A stretch of 64,000 nt of DNA from Patescibacteria group bacterium. GTDB taxonomy: Bacteria; Patescibacteriota; Patescibacteriia; 2-12-FULL-57-11. How positions within the stretch are numbered: the first letter of the stretch is position 1; every line of letters begins with the position of its first letter. This document shows positions 1 through 12,031 of the stretch, one piece after another. The stretch lies in contig SCUL01000001.1 of NCBI GenBank assembly GCA_004297205.1, positions 29,862 through 93,861 of the forward strand, read 5' to 3'. The notes beneath the pieces were generated by a model that ran no database searches, was not told the DNA's origin, and saw only the letters and a list, made by a program, of their open reading frames with translations. The position numbers and the translations under genes are program-made.

Positions 1-171
1 CATGGCCACGAAGGCCAGATCCCAGGCCAGCCGCGCCTCGAGTCCCTCGCGCTTCAGGGTGCGGGACAGGAGCGCCGTTGCAGCGACGATGCCGAGCGCC
101 ACGAACGAGCCCCATACCTGGATGGGGATGGGGCCGAGCGGAATCACGTGCAGTTCAAAATACGGAATCAT
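1..171 (-). CDS. lgt: Prolipoprotein diacylglyceryl transferase, N-terminal part (runs off the window start)
   Basis: Not in the ORF track. Manual translation MIPYFELHVIPLGPIPIQVWGSFVALGIVAATALLSR... matches the Lgt N-terminus (lGpi.i..wG...alg); the ATG overlaps the upstream gene's TGA (ATGA). Confidence 0.75.
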   Translation of the reverse strand, partial: MIPYFELHVIPLGPIPIQVWGSFVALGIVAATALLSRTLKREGLEARLAWDLAFVAM

Positions 172-1853
172 GCCGGTTTATGGCGTGCTTGCAGGAAGAC
201 GCCGAGCAGCATCACGGCGGCGGCGAGCAAGCCCATCTTGCCGAAGACGCTCCCCCACGGCAAGACGCCGGGCGAGGCCAGAACGAGCGCCGAGGCCACG
301 AGGATGGCGGCCGCCACGATCGCCAGGATGCGCAGATCGTTCTCGCGGTCGAACTCCTCCATCAGCACCTTCAGTTCGTCGAGATCGAGCCGCACCGAGA
401 AGTTCCCCTCTTCCATGCGCTTCAGAAGGGCCGAGGTACGCTCCGGGATCAACGGCAGCTTGCGGACGAACTCCAGAGCCTCCTCCCGTGTTTCCGGCAG
501 CCAGCTGCGCGGGTCAAGGCGCGCCATGGTCAACTGGTCGAACAACGGCGCCATGGACGCATCCAGGTTGATCTTCGGATCAAGCTTCTGCAGCACGGTC
601 TCGATGGTCAGGAGCGCTTTGGCGAACAGCACGAGGTCCGTCGGGAACCGCACGCCGTGGCGGCCGCCGGAGACGATGATCTTGTAGTAAGCGTGCGGCA
701 ATCCCTTGTGCGACGACGGCCGGTAGACCACGGCGTCGACGTGCTTGCGCACTTCCGCGCTGAAACCGACGACGTCGGCCTCCGGCGCAAGCGTCGACAT
801 GTCGAGCACGTGCTTCACGAAGGCCTCCATGTCGCGGCGCAGGTAGGCCTGGAAGGCGGAAACAAGCTCGTAACGCAGCGCCGAAGGCAGATAGCCCATG
901 ATGCCGAAATCGTAGAGCACGATGCCCCCGCCCGGCGCGACGAGCAGGTTGCCCGGATGCGGGTCGCCGTGAAAGAAGCCGGTGACGAAGAACTGGTGCA
1001 GGAAGGCTTCCATGACGAAGGCGGCAGTCTCCTTACGGTTGACCTTTGTGCTGCGCAGCCGCTTCAGCTGTCCGAGGCGGATGCCGGAGACCTCGTCGAG
1101 CGCGAGGAGTCCCGGCCGCGTGTAGTCCCAGTGGACGGCCGGCACGTGCATGCGCGGCTCCTCGGCGAAGTCCGCGCGGAAACGTTCGACGTGCCCGGCT
1201 TCGACGGTGAAATCCAGCTCGCGCAGCGTCCATTCGGAAAAAGTGCGGACGATGTCCACCGGCTGGTAGTTGCGCGCGGCCGGCAGGGCGCGTTCCAGCA
1301 GGCGCGCCAGGAGCGCCAGGAGATGCAAGTCACGCGTCACCTCGGCGCGGATGCCGGGCCGCTGCACTTTCAAGACGATGTGCTTGCCGTCATGGGTCAC
1401 GGCGCGGTGCACCTGCGCCATGGACGCCGAAGCGATCGGGCGGGGCGACACGGATCGGAAAAACGTCTTCACGCCGCCGCCCAGCTGTTCTTCGAGCGCG
1501 GCCAGCACGTCCGCGTACGGCACCGGCGCGGCGCGCTCCTGCAATTTGGCGAATTCCGCGGCCGCATCCTCCCCCACCACGTCCGGCCGCAGCGCCAGCA
1601 TCTGTCCGAATTTCACGAAGGTCGGCCCGAGCTGTTCGCAGGCTTTGCGGAAACGCACCTCGACCGACACGGCCGGACCGGCCTGCGCCGCACGCAGACC
1701 GCAGACCAGCCGCCGCGGCAGCGGCACCAGTCTGCACAGGTTGATGTCCTGGAGCTGGCGCTCAAAACCCGCTTCAAAAAGAACACTGACAATTTCTCGC
1801 AGGCGCTGCGCGTCGTCGATGCCGCGGCGCAGATTGTATGCCTCCTTTTTCAC
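168..1853 (-). CDS. AarF/UbiB (ABC1) family atypical protein kinase
   Basis: LGPTFVKFGQML, ASASMAQVH, VLKVQRP, GFFHGDPHPGN, LYDFGIMG motifs; two C-terminal TM helices; GTG start with GGAGG. Confidence 0.92.
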   Translation of the reverse strand: MKKEAYNLRRGIDDAQRLREIVSVLFEAGFERQLQDINLCRLVPLPRRLVCGLRAAQAGPAVSVEVRFRKACEQLGPTFVKFGQMLALRPDVVGEDAAAEFAKLQERAAPVPYADVLAALEEQLGGGVKTFFRSVSPRPIASASMAQVHRAVTHDGKHIVLKVQRPGIRAEVTRDLHLLALLARLLERALPAARNYQPVDIVRTFSEWTLRELDFTVEAGHVERFRADFAEEPRMHVPAVHWDYTRPGLLALDEVSGIRLGQLKRLRSTKVNRKETAAFVMEAFLHQFFVTGFFHGDPHPGNLLVAPGGGIVLYDFGIMGYLPSALRYELVSAFQAYLRRDMEAFVKHVLDMSTLAPEADVVGFSAEVRKHVDAVVYRPSSHKGLPHAYYKIIVSGGRHGVRFPTDLVLFAKALLTIETVLQKLDPKINLDASMAPLFDQLTMARLDPRSWLPETREEALEFVRKLPLIPERTSALLKRMEEGNFSVRLDLDELKVLMEEFDRENDLRILAIVAAAILVASALVLASPGVLPWGSVFGKMGLLAAAVMLLGVFLQARHKPA

Positions 1854-1876
1854 ATCCTCCCAGATGAGAGCGGCGG

Positions 1877-2464
1877 TTATGTCCGCTTCGGCGCACGCCA
1901 GACGGCGCGGGCGGGCAGGTCGTCGCTGCCGTAGCTGATCTCCAATTTCCCCCCTTTACGGCTCTCATTTAGTTTTTTCCCGATCCGGACGGCGAGATGG
2001 TTCTGCGTCGTCAGGACGCGGATCTCGGCGCCGCGCATGTCCACCGACAGCACGCGCGTTTCCGAATTGCGCTGGCGCTCACGGGCCGCGTAAGCGGCGA
2101 TCGTCTGAAGCACCAACGGCCGGTCGTCCGCCGCCAATCCTTTGATGACGAGTACCCCTTCGGCGGCGGTCACGCCACGGGTGCGCTCGCTGGCGCAGGC
2201 CGGGCAGGTCGCGCCACGGGCGATGCGCACGAGCTTCTTTTCGAGCGTCGCAGGAACGAACAACCAGTGCCCCTTCAGGAAGTAGGCGCCGCAAGCCGAA
2301 CACCGCACCGCACCGCGCTTTTTGACTTCCTTTTCCCACCACTGCGGCGTGTGCTGCTCGATCAGCCGTTTGCGCGCCTTCATGGAACGCGCAGTGACGC
2401 CGCGTCCGGTGGAACGCGCCGTCTTCGTCTTGATCCGTTTGTTGGAGTTGGGTCCGGTGCGCAT
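1877..2464 (-). CDS. BCAM0308-family (NMD3-like) Zn-binding protein
   Basis: CxxC...GHW...CPAC plus 'VLTTQNHLAVRIGKKL' C-terminal pattern. Confidence 0.65.
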   Translation of the reverse strand: MRTGPNSNKRIKTKTARSTGRGVTARSMKARKRLIEQHTPQWWEKEVKKRGAVRCSACGAYFLKGHWLFVPATLEKKLVRIARGATCPACASERTRGVTAAEGVLVIKGLAADDRPLVLQTIAAYAARERQRNSETRVLSVDMRGAEIRVLTTQNHLAVRIGKKLNESRKGGKLEISYGSDDLPARAVWRAPKRT

Positions 2465-2467
2465 AGT

Positions 2468-3916
2468 TCAGCCGAACAGACGCGGCTCCGTCGTTCCCAT
2501 CGGGTGGGTATCTTGATAGAGGCCGGCGGCCGCCAACAGCGTTCCTTCGGACAACGCCGGACCGATCAGCTGGAGACCGACCGGCAAGCCGTGCGCGAGT
2601 CCGCACGGCACGGACACGGCCGGCAGCCCGGCGATGTTCACGGACACGGTGTAGACGTCGGACAGGTACATGGTCAGCGGATCGCTGAACTTCTCCCCCA
2701 GCGGCCAGGCCACCGTCGGCGACGTCGGGGTCAGCAGCAGATCGACCTGGCCGAAGGCGCTGTCGAAGTCGGTACGCACCAGCGTGCGCACCTGCTGGGC
2801 GCGGCGGTAGTAGGCGTCGTAGTAGCCGGCCGATAACGCGTAGGTGCCCACCAGAATGCGGCGACGGACCTCCGGACCGAACAGCGCGCCGCGCGTGGCG
2901 GCGTAGGTGGCGTGCAGGTCGGCGGCACGGACGCGTTCGCCGTAGCGGATGCCGTCGTACCGCGCCATGTTGGACGAGACTTCCGCGGGAACGATGACGT
3001 AATACGCGGCCAGCGCGTGGGATGAGGCGGGCAGCGAGACTTCGCGCACCTTCGCTCCCATCCCTTCAAAGGCCTTGATGGCTTCACGTACGCGCGCTTC
3101 CACTTCTGCATCCATGCCCTCGGCGAAAAACTCCTGCGGCACGCCCACGGTCAGCCCTTCCAGCGAGGCGCGCGAGCTCCAGGCAAAGGCCTCACCGGCC
3201 AACGTCGTGGCGTCCTTGGGGTCGGCGCCGGAGATGATGGAAAACAAGATGGCGGCGTCCTCCGGCGTGCGCGTCAGCGTGCCGATTTGGTCCAAAGAGC
3301 TCGCCATGGCCATCAGACCGTGACGCGAGACGCGGCCGTAGGTCGGCTTCAGGCCGACGATGCCGGTCAGCGCGGCGGGTTGGCGGATGGAGCCGCCGGT
3401 GTCCGAACCGAGCGCGGCCGGCACCATGCCGGCGGCAACGGCCGCGGCCGAACCGCCGGAGGAACCGCCCGGCACGCGTTCCCTGTCCCACGGGTTGCGC
3501 GTCGCGCCGAAGGCCGAATTTTCCGTGGACGATCCCATGGCGAACTCGTCCATGTTGGTGCGCCCGACGATGATGGCGCCGGCCGAACGCAGACGCTCCA
3601 CGGCCGTGGCCGTGTAGGCGCTGCGGTACGTGGCGAGCATGCGCGAACCGGCGGAGGCGGCGTGGCCTTCGTCGACGAGGTTGTCCTTGATGGCGATGGG
3701 AATACCGGCCAGCGGCCCGAGCCCGCCGCCCGCGGCGCGCGCGGCATCGCAAATCTCGGCGGCGTGCACGGCCTCCTGTTCGTACACCTCAACGAAGGCA
3801 TGCACCGCCGGTTCGTGCCGGGCGATGCGCGCCAAGGTGTCCTTCATGGCTTCGGCGGCCGAGAGGCTCTTGCCGCGCAGGGCTTCCTGGAGTTCCGCAA
3901 CGGTCATGGCCGCCAT
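2468..3916 (-). CDS. gatA: Glu/Asp-tRNA amidotransferase subunit A
   Basis: Amidase signature GGSSGGSAAAVA, GSDTGGSIRQPA, TNMDEFAMGSST; start reset to MAAMTV. Confidence 0.97.
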   Translation of the reverse strand: MAAMTVAELQEALRGKSLSAAEAMKDTLARIARHEPAVHAFVEVYEQEAVHAAEICDAARAAGGGLGPLAGIPIAIKDNLVDEGHAASAGSRMLATYRSAYTATAVERLRSAGAIIVGRTNMDEFAMGSSTENSAFGATRNPWDRERVPGGSSGGSAAAVAAGMVPAALGSDTGGSIRQPAALTGIVGLKPTYGRVSRHGLMAMASSLDQIGTLTRTPEDAAILFSIISGADPKDATTLAGEAFAWSSRASLEGLTVGVPQEFFAEGMDAEVEARVREAIKAFEGMGAKVREVSLPASSHALAAYYVIVPAEVSSNMARYDGIRYGERVRAADLHATYAATRGALFGPEVRRRILVGTYALSAGYYDAYYRRAQQVRTLVRTDFDSAFGQVDLLLTPTSPTVAWPLGEKFSDPLTMYLSDVYTVSVNIAGLPAVSVPCGLAHGLPVGLQLIGPALSEGTLLAAAGLYQDTHPMGTTEPRLFG

Positions 3917-3917
3917 A

Positions 3918-4223
3918 TCAGCCCTGTTTATGTCCGAGCGCGGCTTGCGCTTTGACGTAGTCGCCACTTTTCTCCGGCGCGGCCTCAAGCAACGCCTGCC
4001 GCGTTTCCGCGTCGCCGGCATCCGGAATGTCCTCACGCAACCGCTGGCCGAGCTCGACGCCGCGGAACGTCGGGTCCACGCCGGTCACGTCGATCTTCTG
4101 CAAAGAAGCGACATAACCGATGATGGCGCCGACCTGCTCCTGCATGGTTTCGCGCTCCCCCGCCGGTACGTCCAAACGCGCCAGTTTTGCCAGATGATCC
4201 AGTTCTTCCGAAGTGAGCTTCAT
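3918..4223 (-). CDS. gatC: Glu/Asp-tRNA amidotransferase subunit C
   Basis: EELDHLAKLARL...LRED...APEK; directly upstream of gatA. Confidence 0.93.
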   Translation of the reverse strand: MKLTSEELDHLAKLARLDVPAGERETMQEQVGAIIGYVASLQKIDVTGVDPTFRGVELGQRLREDIPDAGDAETRQALLEAAPEKSGDYVKAQAALGHKQG

Positions 4224-4249
4224 ATCGCCAAAGTATATCACGCCGCCCC

Positions 4250-7111
<2,862 letters not shown>

Positions 7112-7122
<11 letters not shown>

Positions 7123-7699
7123 ACAGGCGGCTGGCGACGGTAGTCTGGACGCGGACGGACGCGGCCGAGGCGCCGCTGCCGGAGCGCAAGGCGAGCACGA
7201 CGGTCACCGACGGCTGCGGCACGACCGAGCCGGGCGGCGAGACGAACGGGTCGGTGATCGGATTGACGACGACCATGAACTGCTCGACGACCGCGCCTTC
7301 CGGAGTCAGCGAGGCCGTTTCCCCGTTTTCCTCGACGAGCAGGCAGGGGCTCGATCCCGTCGGACAGCCGCTCTCCGACCGGCGGAAGGAAAACGTGCCG
7401 CCGCCGGACGCCGACAGGAACAGCCGCGTGTCGGTCAACCCGAGCGGGCCGCCTTCGGCCGGATCGGCGTACCGGGCATAGTCGATGCTCCCCCGCCGGA
7501 CGCCGCGGGCCATCTGTTCGACGGCCACGCGCGCCGTCGCCGCCAGCTCCTCGCGGCCCAGCACCTTGCGCTCGGCGCGGTTGGCGATCAGGAACATGTC
7601 GGTCACGGCGACCATGGCCGTGGAAAAAATCGCCACGACCACCAGCACCTCCATCAAGGTAAAGCCGGCACGACCCTTTTGTTCCTTACCTCCAGTCAT
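7112..7699 (-). CDS. Minor pilin (PilW/GspJ-like)
   Basis: AG|FTLMEVLVV class III signal. Confidence 0.8.
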
Positions 7700-8309
7700 A
7701 TAATTCGCCTTGCATTTCCAAACGATGGCCGCGGCCGGACACGGTCCAGGTGACGAGGACGCGCACGTCGGTGCCTACTTCGACCTGGCCGCCCGGACAG
7801 GCCGTGCCGTCGACCGAGGCGATCGTCGCCGCGTCGCCCTCCACCATGCAGATCGGCCGCAGCGTCAGCAGGCGGCGGAACGGCGACTCCACGGCGCCGG
7901 CCGGCGGCGCGCCGTCGTACTGGCGCAGCGAGCCGTCGGGGTCCTCGTAGACCACGGCGTCGGCGTCGCTGATCCCGGCGGCCGTAAAGTCGATCCGCCA
8001 ATCTTTTTCCGGCATGAAAAACGGCACGCCGGTGCGGTCGCCGCCGGGACCGACCAGCGCCGTGTTCCAGGGAACGGCGGCCAGCCAGTTGCCGTCGCGG
8101 ATGACGCGGGACGCCTCCATGGCTTCGCGGGCCAGACCGGTGGCCACGACGCGCGTCTGGCTTTCGTTGGAGGCGTTGAGCGAACTCGAGACGAGCGACA
8201 GCGTCCCGGCAATGCCGGACACGATGATGCCGAGCGCGATGATCATCTCCAGCATGCCTTGGCCGCGCGGAGGGAGGGGGTCGCGTGTCGCGTGTCGGAA
8301 ACGCGTCAT
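7686..8309 (-). CDS. Minor pilin (PilV/GspI-like)
   Basis: RG|QGMLEMIIAL variant signal; LAREAMEASR.IRD pattern. Confidence 0.7.
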   Translation of the reverse strand: MTRFRHATRDPLPPRGQGMLEMIIALGIIVSGIAGTLSLVSSSLNASNESQTRVVATGLAREAMEASRVIRDGNWLAAVPWNTALVGPGGDRTGVPFFMPEKDWRIDFTAAGISDADAVVYEDPDGSLRQYDGAPPAGAVESPFRRLLTLRPICMVEGDAATIASVDGTACPGGQVEVGTDVRVLVTWTVSGRGHRLEMQGELYDWR

Positions 8310-8911
8310 AGCGGCTGGTCTTCGATCCGCCGGCTGATGCGGTTGTAGCGCACCTCGCGCCGGGTGTTATTCAGCAGCTGTTCGAGCGTCACGGAAAACT
8401 CCTGCGCAGCCTGCGCGCCGTTGATCCAGACGTCCGGCCGCGGCGGCACGAACACCATGTCTCCCCCGCCGGCCGAGACGCGCACCCCGCCGGAGGCCGA
8501 AAACTTCTCCGTCAACAGCACTTCGCCCGCGTTCATGATGCGGTTGGCGTCGAGATCGGCGAACAACATCGCGTCCAACTCGCCCGTACCGACGTGGATG
8601 CCGTAGCCGCCGCGCGGGACGGTGTCGGACGGTGTTCCGCCGCCCGGACAGGTGCGCTCCGCCGTGCAGACCGGACCCGTCGGATCCCCGCTCAGGCACA
8701 GACAAACGGTGACGCCGGACGAGGCGCGGGATTCGGCGTCACGGATGAGCGAGGCGAAGGTCTGGGCGCCGAGGCGCAGCTCGTCGCTGCGCTCGCCGAC
8801 GCGGAAGTTGACCATGACGAGCGCCGACATCACGGCGAAGATGCTCATGGAGACAAGCAGCTCGATGAGGGTGAACCCTTCGACGTGGTTCAGGGCAGGC
8901 CCGCGCTTCAT
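8306..8911 (-). CDS. Minor pilin (FimT/GspH-like)
   Basis: MKRGPALNHVEG|FTLIELLV; true start is ATG 8911, overlapping the pilD stop. Confidence 0.8.
   Translation of the reverse strand: MKRGPALNHVEGFTLIELLVSMSIFAVMSALVMVNFRVGERSDELRLGAQTFASLIRDAESRASSGVTVCLCLSGDPTGPVCTAERTCPGGGTPSDTVPRGGYGIHVGTGELDAMLFADLDANRIMNAGEVLLTEKFSASGGVRVSAGGGDMVFVPPRPDVWINGAQAAQEFSVTLEQLLNNTRREVRYNRISRRIEDQPL
8876..8902. repeat. 27-bp REP-like element copy 1, in the prepilin leader
   Basis: CCCTTCGACGTGGTTCAGGGCAGGCCC; 23/27 identical to 10204-10230. Confidence 0.65.
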
Positions 8912-9699
8912 AGCACGCCGTACAAATACCAATCGAGCATGGCCCGGCCCCAGAACAGCACGACGACGGTGGCCGCGCTCAGGAAGGTCCCGAACGGAAT
9001 CTGGCTGCCGACGGTCTTCCGCTTCGATGCCAGCAGGACCGCGCCGACCGCGCCGCCGGAGAGGTAGGCAATGAAGAGCGCCACCAGCACCAACGGCCAG
9101 CCCAGGAGCACGCCCATCAGCGCGCCGAGCCGGATGTCGCCGCCGCCGATCCACTTCCCGCCGGAAATGACGTACTGCAGCAGGAAGAAACCGCCGCCCA
9201 CCGCCGCGCCGATCAGCAGCATCGGCAACGGCACGCCGAGCGCCAGATTCCAAAGCAGGAACACGGCGATCGCCGGCAACGTGACCTGGTCCAGGATATA
9301 GCCGAACCATAGGTCGTACAGGAAGATCTGCACGAGGACCACGATGGCCGCCCAGTCGCGCAACAACGGCAGCACCCAGTCCGGCGCCAGGAACGCCTCG
9401 ACGCCGCCGAATGCCGCGGGACCCAGCCGGATCACGGCGGCAAGCGCAAACAGCGCCGCCGTCGCCAGCTCCAACAACGGATAGCTCGCGCCGATCACGC
9501 CGCGGCAGTATCTGCACTTTCCGTCGAGCACAAGGTACGACAAGACCGGGACCAGGTCCCAGACGGCGAGCGGGTGGCGGCACTTCGGGCAGTGGGAACG
9601 TCCTGTCGCCCACCGCTCCCCCTTCGCCTGCCGCGAAATCAAGGCCGTAAGGACGCTGCCGAAGACCAGTCCGAGCAGCGCCGCAAGCGCGACGATCAT
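8908..9699 (-). CDS. pilD: Prepilin peptidase
   Basis: RSHCPKC...CRYC Zn domain, YD and GGGD catalytic aspartates, IPFGTFL. Confidence 0.95.
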   Translation of the reverse strand: MIVALAALLGLVFGSVLTALISRQAKGERWATGRSHCPKCRHPLAVWDLVPVLSYLVLDGKCRYCRGVIGASYPLLELATAALFALAAVIRLGPAAFGGVEAFLAPDWVLPLLRDWAAIVVLVQIFLYDLWFGYILDQVTLPAIAVFLLWNLALGVPLPMLLIGAAVGGGFFLLQYVISGGKWIGGGDIRLGALMGVLLGWPLVLVALFIAYLSGGAVGAVLLASKRKTVGSQIPFGTFLSAATVVVLFWGRAMLDWYLYGVL

Positions 9700-9747
9700 G
9701 CCGACAGTATACCAAAAGCGCCCCGGTTGTGCCGGGACGCTCGCGTT

Positions 9748-10245
9748 TCAGTCGCAGCTGATGCCGTCCGGCGCGGACGTGCACTGGATGATCCCGTCGC
9801 CGCTGGTGTCCGCGAACTCGGCCGCCGGGCGTTCCAGGCGGAAGGTGATGCGGTAGGCGGCGCAGGGCGCGGCGCAGGTGTAACGGTAGACCCGGCCGGT
9901 CGCGGCGTCGTTCTGCGGGTCGCGGGGTACCTGGCCCATGTAGACCTGCTCCCCCGCCGCGGCCGCGGCGCGGAAGCCGGTGCCGTCGAGGACGCGGGAA
10001 GCGGCTTCGCCGAGCACCAGGTCCTGGGCCGGATAGGCGCTGGCGCCGGCGTAATGCAGCTCCAGCGCGTTGCCGATCTGCTTGAGGTCGGCGAGCCGCT
10101 TGGCATCGCGCGACTTGAGCCGGGCGTCGTTGAGCGCCGCGACGCCGATCGTCGCCAGCAGGCCGATGATGGCGATGACGACGAGCAGCTCGATCAGGGT
10201 GAACCCTCCGACGTGGCTCAGGACGGGCCCTTTCGTGTGTCGCAT
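9748..10245 (-). CDS. Type IV pilin (paralog of 10291-10758)
   Basis: G|FTLIELLVVIAIIGLLA, KSRDAKRLADLKQI..ALELHY. Confidence 0.9.
   Translation of the reverse strand: MRHTKGPVLSHVGGFTLIELLVVIAIIGLLATIGVAALNDARLKSRDAKRLADLKQIGNALELHYAGASAYPAQDLVLGEAASRVLDGTGFRAAAAAGEQVYMGQVPRDPQNDAATGRVYRYTCAAPCAAYRITFRLERPAAEFADTSGDGIIQCTSAPDGISCD
10204..10230. repeat. 27-bp REP-like element copy 2, in the prepilin leader
   Basis: CCCTCCGACGTGGCTCAGGACGGGCCC. Confidence 0.65.
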
Positions 10246-10249
10246 AGGT

Positions 10250-10283
10250 AACGCGAAAGCCACCCCGTCTCGGCGGGGTGGCT
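10250..10283 (-). terminator. Hairpin/partial terminator between the two pilin genes
   Basis: AGCCACCCC...GGGGTGGCT stem with a weak U tail (TTCGCGTT) on the minus strand. Confidence 0.6.
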
Positions 10284-10290
10284 GCGCGGC

Positions 10291-10758
10291 TTACGTGCAG
10301 GCGATGCCGTCCTGCGTGGCGGTGCAGGTGATGTTCCCGTCGCCGCTCGTGTCGGTGTACTGGCCGGTCGGGCCTTCCAGGCTGAAGCCGAGCGTGTAGC
10401 TCGTCACCGAATTGCGCGTGTAGGTGTAATTGATCGTCGGCGACTGCGGGTCCCTCGGCATGAGACCCATGTAGACCGGTTCGGTCGCCGCGGCGCCGAA
10501 GCCGTCGCCGTCGAGCCGCGTCAGCCCTGCGGCAGTACCGATCACGGAACCCGCTGCCGCGTCCGGATACTGCTGGTTGTCCGAGTAGTAGAGTTCGAGC
10601 GCGGTCTGGATCTGTTTGACGTCCGAGACGCGCTTGGCGTCGCGCGACTTCTCACGGGCGCTGTTGAGGGCGACGACGGCGAGGGTCGAGAGCAAACCGA
10701 TGATGGCGATGACCACCAGGAGCTCGATCAGGGTGAAGCCTTTGTGCGACTGTTTCAT
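10291..10758 (-). CDS. pilA: Probable major type IV pilin
   Basis: MKQSHKG|FTLIELLVVIAIIG; strong SD GAAGGAGG; own TGCTATAAT -10 box upstream; C-terminal Cys pair. Confidence 0.85.
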   Translation of the reverse strand: MKQSHKGFTLIELLVVIAIIGLLSTLAVVALNSAREKSRDAKRVSDVKQIQTALELYYSDNQQYPDAAAGSVIGTAAGLTRLDGDGFGAAATEPVYMGLMPRDPQSPTINYTYTRNSVTSYTLGFSLEGPTGQYTDTSGDGNITCTATQDGIACT

Positions 10759-10820
10759 AATGCCTCCTTCGAAAATGACGTGTGGATAAATGTTCGAACC
10801 TATTATAGCACTTTCCCGTC

Positions 10821-12026
10821 CTAGAAGCTGTTGGCGATGTTGTACATGGGCAGAATCACGGCCGCGACCATGGTGCCGACGGCGACGCCCATGATGACCA
10901 TGATCAGCGGCTCGATCAGCGTCACCAGGTTGCCGACCATGTTGTCGATCTCGCGGTTGTAGAAGGCGGCCAAACGGCGCAGCACTTCCCTGATCTTCCC
11001 GGTGTCTTCTCCCACGGCGAGCATCTGCACCAGCATCACCGGCACCGCCTTGTTCCCGCTCATGACCGTGACGATGGAGTTGCCGTCCTCGACTTCCTTC
11101 TGGGTGCGCAACAGGATGTCGCGGTAGGTGGCGTTGCCGACCACGTTCGAGGCGATGCCGAGCGCCGTCACTTCGTCCACACCGCCGGCCAGGAGCGTGT
11201 CCATGCTGCGGGCGAAACGCACCAGCGCGATGCGCTTGAACAACCCACCGAAGATCGGCATGCGGATCTTCATGGCATCCCACACGGCGCGGCCGAGCGG
11301 CTGGCGGATGGCGAACTGCAGGCCGACGATGGCGCCGACCACGAGGATGATCACCAACCACCACCAGTGCTGGAAGAACGACGAGACGCCGATCAGGATG
11401 CGCGTCGAGAGCGGCAGTTGGGCGCCGGTTTCGGCCAGCACGTCGGTCAGTTTGGGCAGCACCCAGGTCACCATGACGAAGCCGACGATGCTCAGGCCCG
11501 TCACGATGAAGGCCGGATACATCATGGCGCCGCGGATTTTCGCGGTCAGGTCGTAGTCCTTCTCCTCCTGGTCGGCCAGATATTCCAGCACGTCGGCGAG
11601 ACGGCCGCTGGTTTCGCCGGAGCGGATCATGTTGACCATGAAGTCCGAGAAGGCATGGTGCTGCGCCATGGCGTCGGACAGCTTGGCGCCGGCTTCCACT
11701 TCGTCGGCCACGCTCTCCAGAACCTTCTGCAGCTGGCTGTTGGTGGTCTGGTTGATCAGCGCGCGCAGCGACTGCACCAGCGGCACGTTGGCAGAGACGA
11801 GCACGGAAAGCTGCCGCGCGAAGATGACGATGTCGCGCCGGCTGATGCGCTTCAGCCGCGCCAGCAAGGATTCCACCGTGGCCACGCGGATGTGCTCGGT
11901 GATCTGGACGTCCAAAAGACCCCGGTCCGTCAGAGTCGAGGCGGCGAATTCAGGAGTGTCCGCGTTGACGACGCCGCGGACCTCCTTGCCGCTGCGGTTG
12001 CGTGCGACGTAGTCGTACAGCGGCAT
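10821..12026 (-). CDS. pilC: Type IV pilus platform protein (GspF/PilC)
   Basis: FARQLSVL, GETSGRL, AMMYP, GEDTG, LIEP motifs. Confidence 0.95.
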   Translation of the reverse strand: MPLYDYVARNRSGKEVRGVVNADTPEFAASTLTDRGLLDVQITEHIRVATVESLLARLKRISRRDIVIFARQLSVLVSANVPLVQSLRALINQTTNSQLQKVLESVADEVEAGAKLSDAMAQHHAFSDFMVNMIRSGETSGRLADVLEYLADQEEKDYDLTAKIRGAMMYPAFIVTGLSIVGFVMVTWVLPKLTDVLAETGAQLPLSTRILIGVSSFFQHWWWLVIILVVGAIVGLQFAIRQPLGRAVWDAMKIRMPIFGGLFKRIALVRFARSMDTLLAGGVDEVTALGIASNVVGNATYRDILLRTQKEVEDGNSIVTVMSGNKAVPVMLVQMLAVGEDTGKIREVLRRLAAFYNREIDNMVGNLVTLIEPLIMVIMGVAVGTMVAAVILPMYNIANSF

Positions 12027-12031
12027 GCTGC

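Noticed and set aside
2468-4223. gatB absent next to gatCA
   Set aside because: Split gatCA/gatB loci are common; cannot be judged from one window.
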